64,000 nucleotides of DNA from Takakia lepidozioides. Taxonomy: Eukaryota; Plantae; Bryophyta. Under the pieces are notes generated by a model, which saw nothing but the letters and a program-made list of their open reading frames with translations, did no database searches and had not been told where the DNA came from. The position numbers and the translations under genes are program-made. Location: NCBI GenBank assembly GCA_030704615.1, contig CM060733.1, positions 36,332,001 through 36,396,000 of the forward strand. Direction: 5' to 3'. Position 1 is the first letter of the stretch; the number at the start of each line of letters is the position of its first letter. Positions 1 through 11,685 of this stretch are shown here, piece by piece.

Positions 1-280
1 AAAAACAAAACATGCCGGCACCTGTGCACTGCAGAAAAGCAATGGAGAAGGGAGCAGTTTTTAATGGCGAGAAAGTTTTGGTGTTAAAAAAAAAAAAATG
101 ATTTTAAAAAAAAAAACCATTTTGATCTAATTTAAATGATTTAGAGCCTGGTTGGTCATATCTTTGTCAAATGAGCTCCGTTTGACTCAGTTCTTGAGGG
201 GATAGCTGCAGAAAGGGGAAATCTACCTATCTAGACCTGGTTTTTGTTTTTGGGACTCTGCTAAAAATCTATGGAATTTT

Positions 281-1101
281 TTGAGTGTGAGTGTGCCACG
301 AAATATCCACAATCCTGTTTCTAGAACCTGTGCTGGTCTATATGAGAGACAAACCTGTGGATGTACTCCTTGTATGGCTGGGGGAAATGAGGACGTAATT
401 GAAGGGCAGGTCTCTTCTCTTAGCCTGTGCACACAAGGGGACAGGATTTATGTTTCCCAAGGAACTCAGATTGATTTGAGTGGAGAATAGTTGGACGAGT
501 TGATTGCATACTGGGAGTCAGGCATTAGCAGTTGACAACAGACTGCTGTAGTTGGCATTGAGGGCCTCAATATCGCCTTGGACAGTCAGAACTCTGTTGG
601 AGCCAGCAGTTCTCCAGCTGTAGGTGAAATACCAAAGTGGGTGAAAGCTAGGCTTGGAACACAGCCAAAGACAGCCCCGGGGACCAAGGTGTTCAGCCAC
701 AAGGCCGTGGTGTACTGGAGCAGAGGAGCAGGAGCTACACAAGTTTGTGCAATCAGACATGGTTGCAGCCGGACACGCTCTGCACAAGGTAACCACGAGC
801 GGGGGTTCATTGACAATGACAAGTTTGTTTTGCTTGAAGGAGATGCAGTCATTCGCAATGTGGACACGAGTTGATAGACTATCAGACCCTACCTTTGTTT
901 TCTTTAATGTTCAGTGAGCGGGAGATAGGGGAGTATTGCTTTGTCTCTACCTGGCAGAAAGAGGAGGAGGGTTGGTTAGAGCGAGCTACTGTAGCTTGGG
1001 ACAAGGTTAGTGGCAGGTTTCTGGACATAGATATACCTCCTACACCTTACCATCACGCAGAGCGAGGCACTTTGAGAGAAGTCTGGAAGTTGATAGCATA
1101 G
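281..1101 (+). pseudogene. Accessory leader ORF (ORF0) of the DNMT-Gypsy, function unknown, disrupted
   Basis: Same reading frame as the 210-aa ORF at 35307-35939 in copy 3; here broken by stops and a short deletion near 868. Confidence 0.5.
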
Positions 1102-1476
1102 TGGCAGTCTTGACCCTCAAATCCGAGGATCCCTCTGCCACTACACCTTCCACTAACTCCGTAGAAGATGAAATGACCTCCCCACTCTCACAGAGTGTTG
1201 CTGCTAGTCTGAACACTGCAGCTGGCCTTACCCCCGGCGTTGCAATCATTGTGGCCGAGAACAGTGGGGCCTGACACACAGAGGTGGCTGCCCCAAATAA
1301 CACACCGGCCGCACTAGCCTTGGCAGCATGAGTCAATGTTGCACGTGTAGCTCTCCCCAATGGCATAGTAACCTCCGCCTCGGTAACAGTCGGGCGAGAA
1401 CTAGGTGCCATGGATGGCGTCGATACAGTCTCCGCCAATGTGAATGACTGAGAAAGCCTCGCCTGACGGCTTGCCT
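1101..1476 (-). repeat. Antisense copy of the element's own gag 3' region in the leader
   Basis: Reverse complement of 52228-52602 (AETVSTPSMAP...LRVKTA). Confidence 0.95.
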
Positions 1477-1665
1477 GGAGTGATGACCAGCAAGACCACC
1501 AGTGTTTCTTCTATGGTGAGGCTGGGTTGATGACCAGCCAACCATAGGAGTTCTTGCGGTGGATGCAGGTGCAGGTGCCCTGAGCCATTGGGATATGACC
1601 CTTAGACTGCAACAGGTGCCCACCCGTGTCACTATTAGATTAGTACTAGAGCCTTATAGTGTCAC

Positions 1666-2673
1666 GTGGAGGAGGTGCACATTGTGAGTGTCATTACGGA
1701 GTTACCCAAGGGTTTTGAAGGGAGTACGGCTACAAGCAGTAACAGTGAGAGTGGGTTCACAAGACGAGGTATTCGGTTCAGACCACCTTCACCGCCACCC
1801 TCAATTACTGTAGAGTCAGACACAGACTCGGAGGCTTCATCAACAGGTGTGCACTTTCATTCGCCATTGTTGTGGGACGACATGGAGGAGATGTATGGAG
1901 CTACCAAGGGGCCTCGTAGGTACTCTGGAGCTGTGGGCACAATCGAGTTGGATGACTTTATCCAGGAGTTTGACAGCTGCTGTGATTTGCAGCAGATGCG
2001 CAATCCACAGCTATTCACCCCATTCATGGCGTGGAAGGGACTGTTCCAGCATTTGGAAGGCCCGCCTATGGACGATTACCACGAGTTCAGGCAAGGACAT
2101 GAAGCAGAGATTGAGGAGTGGAGGATGTATTGGTCACTTGACTACGTCTCCATTACTCGAGGCACGATGCGACCAGTAGCTGCATCAGTACCAATAGCTC
2201 CCACTGCCACGGCTGCGCCCTGGCAAGCTGCAGCTGCCAGGTTGACGGAGCTGCCAGCTAGGCCAGCCTTTGAGCGCGCCATGGTGACACCTGAAGTTGT
2301 CTTGTTAGACAACCAGGGAGGCATTTTCACTTTGAGTGGACCGACAGACAAGAAGTACCGGCCACTGCGGGTCTTGTTGGACTCGGGAGCTCAGCCACTG
2401 ATGTTGGGCAGAGCTGCTATTGCAGGTTTGGGCCTCATGGAGGCGGATATGGAGCCTTGCCCTTTCCAGATACAGACATCTCTGGGAGGATCAGAGCAGG
2501 CTCGGGGCATGACATGGCATCAGTTGGCCATTAGACTGCAGCCGGATCATCCTATCGATGGCTCAGTAATGCGAGCCAAGGCCATTGTGACAGACGCAAT
2601 CTCTTACGATGTCCTCGTTGGTGGGGCAGTGTTATACCCCATGGGCTTCACCCTGGACTTTTGGGAGGAGTGA
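1666..2673 (+). pseudogene. Gag N-terminus fused in frame to aspartic protease (1527-bp deletion)
   Basis: VLLDSGAQPL protease motif. The deletion junction is ACTGCCA at 2203-2209, versus 51069 and 52596 in copy 4. Confidence 0.9.
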
Positions 2674-2727
2674 GCATCCTACAGGCCTGGATGGCAGTCA
2701 GGCGATGGTCGCCGTGCACAGCTCCCT

Positions 2728-4340
2728 GTGACATTCATTGGGGGTATAGCGGCTGCCCAGCGGGGCAAGATGCCAACACTAGCCGCCTTTACAGCTGCAG
2801 TTAGTTGGCCTGGAGAGTTGCTGGAAGGCAATGCCCATGCAGAGGATGTGCCACCTCCAGCAAAACAGGATGACATGCATGGTATGGCGGAGTTGCCTGC
2901 CATGGTTGCTCACACTCCATTGTGGGGTACGAGCAAGGATTTGCAGCAGGTTGCTGATCGACGGGTGCAACAAACCTGGGTAGAGGCTTTTGTTCCGTCA
3001 GGAGAGGAGGAGAGTGCGGGTATTGCACCAGGACCACCTCAGTTATCACCATTGGATACCACACCTATTGTGTGGCAGTATCCGGATGAAGGCATTTGCC
3101 TTCTGGACTTGTTTGGCGGGATCAGCACCGGATTGGCTGCTGTGCTACAGGCAGGTGTACAAGTTCGACGTTACCTGTATGTGGAGAGGGATGAGACTGC
3201 ACGACGCGTCTCACTGCGCCATGTTGCTCAGTTGGTACATCAATACCCTGACTTGTTGCCAGTGTCTGTAGTTCGTGGATTCCAACAAGCCTTGCCAGCA
3301 GACATTTCTTTGCTGGGGGCACAGGATTTAGAGCAGGTTGGCTCCATTGATCTGGTAATGGCAGGTTGGCCCTGCCAAGGGCATTCATCAGCCGGGCATG
3401 GCAATGGATTGCGAGACTCGAGGACGGGTCTATTTTGGGAGATGGTGCGGATTTTGCGCTGCTTGCAGCTTCATCAAGCTGTATCTCCAGCATACATCTT
3501 GGAGAATGTACCACTGATGGGTGATTCTTGGGCCAGGGTGATGGCCACTGTGCATCAAGTCCGGTCGTGGCTTGGGTCAGAAGTGTTGCTGGATGCAGCT
3601 GCAGTGGGGTCACGGGCTCATCGTCCACGGCTTTGGTGGACTAACTTGATGCCACCCGCACTACTCAAGCGTGCATTTGATGGGGTGCAGCGGCCAGCAC
3701 ACCTTACCGTGGATGGCATTTTGGACACAGCGAGGTAGTCTCAACGTGTGCGACACGATGACCGTTCGCCTTTGGTAGTGGTCAACAGGGTGGGTCAACC
3801 ACGAGCAGCATTACCTACACTGCTCAGCTTCCCAGGATCCCATGCTTTTCAGGATGGTGGACCTGGCCTCCTATGGGATGCTCGGTTGCAGTAGTTAGTG
3901 GAGCCTAATGCCGACGAGCGAGTGCGGGCTATGGGGTTTCCACTGGGACCACGGCGGTGCCTTCTCTTTCTAAGGCATCACGTCGTCAGGTGTTGGGGCA
4001 AGCAATGGATCTCAATTGCTTGACCTAGATTGTCAGCTTGGCTATGGCTGAGCAACGTAGAGTGCGGAGTGCACTTCCCTTGACGGTCTCTCTGCCTACC
4101 GAGACGGTACAGGCAGCGAGTGGGGGCGAGCCGGTGAGGACCACGGGGTGTAGACATCCATGGCACACGTGGGAGGTGCTCGAGGTTCAGAGGGAATTGG
4201 CAGCCAAGGCAGCTGTGATGGATGAGGTTGGGGATTCTTCTCGGGATGAGGAGGTTCTCAATGATGAGATGATGGGGCAGGATGAGGCCTTGTCATTGAT
4301 TGAGCAGGAAGGGAGTACTGCTCAAGAGGTTGCAGCATAG
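2728..4340 (+). pseudogene. C5 cytosine DNA methyltransferase domain of copy 1 (stops and frameshift in C-terminal part)
   Basis: Motifs LLDLFGGISTG (I), YVERD (II), GWPCQG (IV), ILENV (VI), HRPRLWW (VIII), RRQVLGQAMD (X). Confidence 0.93.
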
Positions 4341-7300
4341 CAACCACGGGACGCGTCCTCTACCTCTAAGCCCACTGGACTTAAGGTTGCAGTTACGGAG
4401 GACAATTGGGAGCCTGACATTGGACCCATTGTCACTGGAGGAGAGAGACGACGTATACGGCGGTTCCTGAGGGCTTATAGGAATTGCTTTGCCTTCAGTT
4501 TGAAGGACTTGGGAGCACTGAAGGGTCAAGAGATCCATATTGAGTTGGCCACTGACACGCCGATCTTTCGGAGACCCTATAGATACAGTGACATGGAGAG
4601 GTCTTTGATTCAGATGAGGACTCAAGATCTCTGGGAGGCAGGTTTGGTGGAGCTCTCTGGTGGAGAGTATGCTTCAGCCACAGTGATGCCAGCTAAGAAG
4701 GATGTCTATGGCAATTGGACGGAGAGACGTATGTGCGGTGATTACCGGCCTGTAAATCGTCAGACCAAGTCCGATAGGTATGCCATGCCGACACCAGAGG
4801 AGATCTTTGATGCCATTGGGCATTCCAAGGTCTTTAGCACGTTGGATTTACGATCCGGATATCACCAGTTGCCGATCAAGGAGGCGGATAAGCAAAAGAC
4901 GGCATTCTGGGGGATCAATGAGCACGGGAAGGATTGCCTATACCAGTGGCGGTTCTTACCATTTGGGCTTAAAAACGCTCCCGCTGAGTTTCAAAGAGTC
5001 ATGGACAGGATTCTAGCAGGGGTGGAGTTTGCTCGGTGCTACATAGATGACATCATCATCTTTAGTGCTACGGTGGAGGAGCATGAGAGACACCTTCAGG
5101 GGGTATTTGAGCGCTTGAGGGCGCACGGATTGAAGTTACATCCGGGAAAGTGCAAGTTTTTCCACAACCAGATTGAGTATCTAGGTCACATGATATATCC
5201 TGGAGGATTGGGGGTACAGTAGACTAAGGTAGAGTCCATTGCACAGGTTCCACGCCCCACGGATGTGAGCCAAGTTTGAGCTTTCATGGGGTTAGCAAAC
5301 TATTACAGACGGTTTGTTAAGGGATTTAGTGCCATTGCAAAGGCTCTAACCAAGCTGACCAAGGTGGACCAGGAGTGGCAGTGGGAAGATGAGCAAGAAC
5401 AAGCTTTTCAAGAGCTCAAGGTGAGGTTGACCTCGGCGCCCATCTTGACACGACCTATTAGGGGGCGTCCTTTTCAGCTGCATACAGATTGGAGCATGCT
5501 GGGGCTTGGAGCGGTGCTCACACAGGTGGATGATGAGGGAAGAGAGTTCGTAGTGGCTTATGCTAGCCGCTCGAACAATGCTGCAGAGTCTAAGTATAGC
5601 TCATATGAGGGAGAATGCTTAGCTGCAGTGTGGGCCGTGGCACACTTCAGGTGCTATCTATACGGCAATCTCTTCACCCTTGTCACGGATCACCAACCAC
5701 TCAAGTGGTTGATGGAGTCAGACAAGCTTACGGGGAAGCTTGCACGGTGGGCACTCATCCTTCAAGAGTATGACTTTCAGGTGGTGCATCGACCGGGTTT
5801 GGTCAATCGCAATGCAGATGGGTTGAGTCGCAATCCATGCACGAGCCAACAGGATGACACTGGAGCTCGGTGGCATGGTGAGACGGACGAGGAGATGGTG
5901 CCCGGATGGCATGCATCTGCATTTCTGTGTATCTTGGCAGCGGAAGGCCAGGTTGGACCTGCAACAGGGACGACTGTAGATCAAGTGTCTGAGGACCCTG
6001 AGGCCAGCAATGAGCAAGGTGGCGCCAAAGATATACATGAGGATTCAGTTGTGTTGGACTACCTCCGCACTGGAGACACAGCAGCCATGGTGACTGCCAA
6101 GGAGAGGGATCGGATCCTACAACGAGCCAAGAGGTTCAAGTGGGAGGGGACACACCTGCTCCGAGTGTGGGAGGATGGTCGAGTGAGGATTGTGCCTCAC
6201 CCAACACAGTGGGCACGGTTAGTGCGCCATGCCCATGAGGAGTTGGGGCATTTTGGGGTGCGACGCACTCATAGTCTACTGCAGGGGCAGTATTGGTGGC
6301 GTGGTATGCACACAGAGGTGCAACAATTTGTGGCTAGGTGCATGGTGTGTGACAAGGTGCGTGCTTCATTCAACGCCCCTACTCCACAATTGCACCCTCT
6401 TCCGATCATGGGATTGGGCTACAGGTGGAGTCTTGACTTTGCAGGGCCGTTGCCACTGACCATGTGCCACAACAAGTACGTGTTGGTGATGGTGGAGCAC
6501 TTCTCCAAGTGGATTGAATTGGTTCCATTGCCTGATAAGGCTAGTGAGGGAGCTGCGTATGCGTTCTTGGATTGTGTGCTTAGCCGCTTCGGTGCTCCAG
6601 CTGAGGTACTCACGGACCAAGGGAGAGAGTTCTTGGGGGAGTTTCAGGCTTTGTGTGACAAGGCCTTGATAGACCACCGCACCACTTCTCGGGATCATCC
6701 TGAGGCCGATGGCTTGGCAGAGAGAGTTGTTCAGACAGTAAAGAGGGGTTTGCGCAAGTATGGCTTGTAGAAGGGACACCTAGGAGATTGGGACCTTCAG
6801 TTACCCTGGTTAGCCATGGGCTACAGGTTCAGCAAGCAAGCATCACTTGCCTCCTTCTCACCATACTTTCTTCTCTTTGGCCGAGAGCCGGATTTGCCTA
6901 CATCCATTCGAAGAGAAGCTGCTACAGTTCTTAACCTTGACGATCCGGACGTGTGGGCACGTGCATGTGAGCAGCGTGCAGAGTTGTTCAAGAGAGTCAT
7001 GCCCATGGCTTTCGAGAACCTTGTCATTGCACAACACCGTGATACGTTGAGGTATGCTACCATACGTGGTGGGGGCTATCGTCCTGGGGTTCGGAGATTC
7101 AACCCTGGTGAATATGTCTATTTGCAGCAGACTGCTCCTACGACCCTGGATGTGACTGCAAGACGTGTTATTTTGAGGGTTCGAGAGGTCTTGCCCTCAG
7201 GCGTCTTGGTCTTGGAGGGTCGGGATGGCATAACTTGGAAGGACCATGTGCGTAATTGTGCGCCATGTCACCTTCCGAATGTTGATGGCAGGATTGACCC

Positions 7301-7475
7301 AAACCTGGCAGTGGTATCTGCAGGTTTGAGGTGCATGTTGTGTGGGTCTGCTAAAGGGGCAGCCACCATGCTGGTGTGCGATCGATGCTCTAGAGGTTGG
7401 CATATGGGATGCTTGACTCCACCTCTTGAGATGGTTCCAGATGGGGATTGGTTATGTCCACATTGCATTGGATAG
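4341..7475 (+). pseudogene. RT - RNase H - integrase - PHD of copy 1
   Basis: LPFGLKNAP and YIDD; LHTDWS; HHCC zinc finger; D (WSLDF), D (LTDQG), E (LAERVV); C4HC3 PHD. In-frame stops at about 5220, 5277 and 6768. Confidence 0.95.
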
Positions 7476-7720
7476 TGGGAGTGGATACAACCATGGAAGG
7501 CTAACAAGCAACGCAAGGCCCAGCTACTAGGAGACCTTGAACACACGAGATCCTGGCTCAAGTTCACAGATTGCAAGACGGCGACTAACGATGGGGCTAC
7601 TCTTGTACCCGGCCCCTTGGTCTATAGAGTTTGAGTACAATAGGGACAGTGATAGAGGACTTAGTACGGCTGTGGCTATTACATCTTGTAGCTATTTGGA
7701 GGTAGAGGGACCTATCCACC

Positions 7721-7735
7721 AGCTAGGGGGGCGAT
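7721..7735 (+). other. Polypurine tract of copy 1
   Basis: AGCTAGGGGGGCGAT directly before the TG of repeat B; identical in copies 2 and 3. Confidence 0.8.
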
Positions 7736-8256
7736 TGTGGCAGACTACTTTATTGTGCATATATATGTGGTGTAGTTTGGACAACGATGTAGTTGTATAG
7801 CGATATGTATGCGCACGACAGCTGTCAAGTTAAATAAGCACAGTGTGAAAACAGCTAGAATAAAACTAGTTATTTGTATTTAACACTTGGATTTAGGTCA
7901 AGTGTTAAATCAGGTGTCAAGTTTAGTTTGACACCTGGTCTGTCTTATCTTCACGAGAGCGGCAGTCGCGCGGCTCATCTTTCTCGAGTTGAGCCTGCGC
8001 GACCAAGCTCCTGCATGCGGTTAGATTTGAGTGTGCTTATGTAGGGGTACAGGTTGTTGTGGGGTGGAGTCCCCATAGCTTGGGGTGCCCCTGGCTCGAC
8101 TACTATTTCTAAGAGTGATGGTTTGGTTTTCATGTTTTGTGTAAACAGTGTGTTCGTTGGTTTTCTATCATTGTGGCAGACTACTTTATTGTGCATATAT
8201 GTGTGGTGTGGTTTGGACAGCGATGTAGTTGTGTAGCGATATGTATGCGCACGACA
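7736..8256 (+). repeat. 3' terminus B1 (7736-7820) - gc - A2 (7823-8170) - t - B2 (8172-8256)
   Basis: An 85-bp TG...CA repeat occurs twice around a 348-bp TG...CA repeat; same layout at 26675-27195. Confidence 0.95.
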
Positions 8257-8808
8257 GAAGCGATCTGCCTGCGGAGGATTCGCACCTCAAAGACACCATC
8301 CTCCGTTCGCAGCTTCGAGATTTCTGACCAAGGGAGTTTCATCAATCCCCCGTATGAGCCGCACGTCAATGACAACTTCATGCAGCCCACTCAGACTCTC
8401 AAAAAACCAGATGGCACTCCCTGGAGAGGTGCAAAGGAGAGAACCCCAGCGTTTATGCAGACACTACTAGAGTCATGCAGCCACCATTCGGCACGGGTGG
8501 TCGACCTCTCGGTATCCACAGGTTCGTTTTCTCCCTTCAGATTTCGTTTTCTTTCAACATTTTCATCTTCGTTAATCCCCCCCCTACAGGCTGTTCATGT
8601 CCTCCTGTCTGTTGCAGGAGGAACTTACCATGCGTGCAAGGCTGGCGGAAGATCCCTTTTTGGCATGGAGGGTGACTCTGACCTATACAAGACCGTGCTC
8701 CTCCCCCTTTTGTCTGGCTCTACATCAGGCACACAAACTGAAACGATTCAAATCCAAAATGATGAAGATCACGAGGATAAGCAGGTCCACAACGATTTTT
8801 CATGTGAG
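8257..8808 (+). pseudogene. 3' exons of a gene with an N4/N6 (beta-class) DNA-methyltransferase-like C-terminus, interrupted by copy 1
   Basis: Removing the GT-AG intron 8522-8617 gives WRGAKERTPAFMQTLLESCSHHSARVVDLSVSTGGTYHACKAGGRSLFGMEGD, resembling the KP..L...I...S...D.VLDPF.GSGTT..A....GR...G.E.D SAM-binding half. A further donor GTAAG is at 8809. Confidence 0.6.
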
Positions 8809-9344
8809 TAAGTTTGCAATAGAATTGTCATTCCACTTTGGTTGCCCTTTTCAATCGCAGACATCAAATTTGCAATAATAACGTATTTCTTTTTGTGACT
8901 TGCAGGAAAGGCAGCGGTGGATCTTCAGGAGACACCCCCATTTGTGGCGAGACTGTTTTCGACAGCCCCCTTTCCACTTTTTTGCTTCTTGTGTATGCCG
9001 AAGCAATGGCACTTCAAATGGCCGAGGCTCTCTCCCCTGACTTTTTATTGCCCGGTCGCAGGTGTAGCCATCGTAGAGCCGGAGTTCTAAAATACTTGGA
9101 CTTGGATGCAGATGACGCGGGGATAGATTGTACTGACTCTGAGTCATACTAAACTACGAATTTTTAATGTTCATTTCTCATCCTCTTTGTAAAAGATTGA
9201 ATTCCCCTACTTTATTGCAGATGTTCCGCCAGAAAGAAAAATGAACAAAGAATCCACTCAGGATGAAATGGCAATCTTCATGCATCCATCCCACAACCAC
9301 CACAACCTCATGTCAAACCCATTGTGCATTCATCTACACTGTAT

Positions 9345-9540
9345 TCATGCATCCTCCATTCATAAATGTTTTCCATTATTTAACATCCATTGTACATTCA
9401 TCCACTGCACTCTCGAATCCATCTTACAAACCCCTCACACTCATGTCATATACATTGTGCATTTATGTACTGTGTATGAATGCATCCTCCATTCATGAAT
9501 GTTTTCCATTGTTCAACATCCATTGCACATTCATCCATTG
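9345..9540. repeat. Imperfect ~60-bp direct repeat in CATCCAT-rich sequence
   Basis: ATGCATCCTCCATTCAT(A/G)AATGTTTTCCATT...CATTCATCCA at about 9345 and about 9480. Confidence 0.7.
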
Positions 9541-9867
9541 AAATCTCATCCAGCTGTATTTCATCCATCTGCTTGCATTGTTCGCACCCATCCATCAATG
9601 TTTCATCCCCAGTACATTCATCCATACCGCATTCATCTTTTGCTTTCATGTGGGAATGACCACATCATTTTATTATGTCGTCCAACTTGTTACCGCGGTT
9701 AAGGGTGCTCTTCCGCGGAAATACACTCCGCTTCTTCCTTGGCGCGTGGTGACCTGGCGTTTAAGCGTGATGACGTGGAGTGAGATTGGTGATGTGGCGT
9801 GGGCGCAAGGTGACATGGCGTAAGCGCAGCTGGGCTCACGCGACCAGGCTCACGCCGAGGCATCCCT

Positions 9868-10260
9868 GGTTCTTGAGTGGTTTCTGCTTTTCTGTTTGTC
9901 AATTTCCTTGTGCTTAGAAGGGTGGAGATTAAGCTGGCGTCAACGCCATCTTAATCCAGACCCAGACAGACAAATAGGTAGATAAACAGACAGGGTTCTT
10001 GAGTGGTTTCTGCTTTTCTGTTTGTCAATTTCCTTGTGCTTAGAGAGGTGGAGATTAAGCTGGCGTCAACGCCATCTTAATCCAGACCTAGACATACAGG
10101 TAGACAGACAGACTGGTACACAAACAGACAGACAGACAGATACACAAACAGACGGTAGGACTTCAGTGGTTGCTTCTTTTCTGTTTTTCAATTTCCTTGA
10201 GCTTAGAGGGGTGGAGATTAAGTTGGCGTCAACGTCATCTTAATTCAGACCCGGACAGAT
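9868..10260. repeat. Three ~100-bp repeats, each with a palindrome, separated by CAGA microsatellite
   Basis: Units at about 9868, 9994 and 10165 contain GATTAAG-C-TGGCGT-CA-ACGCCA-T-CTTAATC (third copy slightly diverged). Confidence 0.85.
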
Positions 10261-10859
10261 AGCCATTCAGACATACCACTCTACTTTCATCCAAATTTTT
10301 ATCATATCACATTCATCCATCATTCATCCACTCACCAATCTTATTGCCAAGCCTTAGTCACACTACATGAATACTAAGCTCCCATTTTCGGCAGTTAAGC
10401 CCCCCGGCAATAGGGCTTCTAGGAGTTCACGGACCGTGGTAATATGCCCAACCCTACATTCTAATTCCGAGGAACGTGAGCAGAATTCTGTTCACGTGAG
10501 CTGCTCACAATCTAGCACGCCCCAGGCAAAGTGAAGGAAGAAGGGATTATAGTGTACTCTAGCATGATGTCTATGCAGGCCCTTACATCAATACCAAAAA
10601 ACCAAGTCCCACCATCAGGATATGTCATGCGGCAAATGTCCCAGAGCATGAGAGATGGGGTAGACTTACTTTACCCCCGAATCAGTTGGGGACGGAAAAA
10701 GACCTGGCCCAAGACAACTTCAATTATACCCATCCTGATTCCGGAAGTGACACTCAAATTGCAGTTAGAGCTCTGGTGTAACATGCACTCACCAAGTTCC
10801 ATGGCCTTTTCTTCGAGTAATCACAAACCCTAATCTTCAGAGTTGGAAGACAAGAATTT

Positions 10860-11260
10860 AAATGCCAAGCATACAGAGCGTGTACTCCTTCTTTGTTTCT
10901 ATAGAGACACCCTCCAATTCGATGCTCATTTGCGAGAAACCAGGGTTGAATGCCCCATCCATAGAAGATGCTTATCTGGAATGTAATTGCTAGCTGAAGT
11001 ACACCTGAAACATTGAAAATGTTCTTCGAACCTCCTGCATTCTTATTCAACTGCACATCTGTAAGCGAGAATGTTGCCAACTGCACCGGTGTCGTTGCAT
11101 CCGATTCATTCAAATTGGGGTATCTAGGAATTGAATCTCTCATTGACGAATTTGGTTCTGGGAGTGGATTGTAGAGCATAATGGGCTTGGAATCCTCATA
11201 CTGCAGCCAGTTCCCATTTTGAAATGGAAAAAGGTTGTGCAGCATCCATCATGTAGGATC
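10860..11260 (-). pseudogene. DUF2921-like plant protein fragment
   Basis: FPFQNGNWLQYEDSKPIM, PVQLATFSLTDV, NVSGVLQLAIT, then after a frameshift PGFSQMSIELEGVSIETKKEYTLCMLG. Recognised from memory of the family. Confidence 0.55.
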
Positions 11261-11685
11261 CCCTTCTGCGATCGGTGTGTGAAACCCCTGCCCACTCAAG
11301 CACGCAGGGACGTAATTAGATAAATATATCAGCGTTTAAACAAAAACATGAGGAAATTGTGTCGTTGAAACCTGCATTAACTATTATGTTGTTTTATTGG
11401 CTCTGTCCCTTTAGGGGTAGAGACTTTGCATCATGTTGAAGTCAAATGTGGAGAAAATGTGGTCAACGGACCTTACACCGTGTCAAGAGTATGATTGGTC
11501 TAAAAAAGTTCTTAAGTATAAACCACGTGGCAGCTTGTCAAAATTGTTGCTTCAATGGACAGAGCCTCTCGCGGTTTGGGGCTTGTTTCATAGGGCTAAT
11601 TTGGCTCCAATTTTTTTTAAGGTGAACATTTCTAACGGCCATAAGGGAATGTGGTTGTCCTAACAATTTTCCTGCCCCTATGTAC

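Larger units (their letters stand above)
1..8256 (+). mobile_element. DNMT/PHD Gypsy-type retrotransposon, copy 1 (5' end outside window, internal gag deletion)
   Basis: Positions 1-1630 match 48138-49764 of copy 4. Gag, protease, DNMT, RT, RNase H, integrase and PHD follow in order, then PPT and the B-A-B terminus ending ...GCACGACA at 8256. Confidence 0.95.

Noticed and set aside
1040-1438. Independent minus-strand gene
   Set aside because: It is the inverted gag duplicate. Likewise, the many short antisense ORFs over pol and the transposase are shadows.
7736-8256. Treating B-A-B as one ordinary 521-bp LTR, or A as a solo LTR inserted into B
   Set aside because: The 5' ends of copies 3 and 4 have A only, A2 has no TSD, and both B repeats are full length.
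9868-10260. CRISPR-like array
   Set aside because: Eukaryotic context, ~100-bp units, microsatellite spacers, no cas genes.
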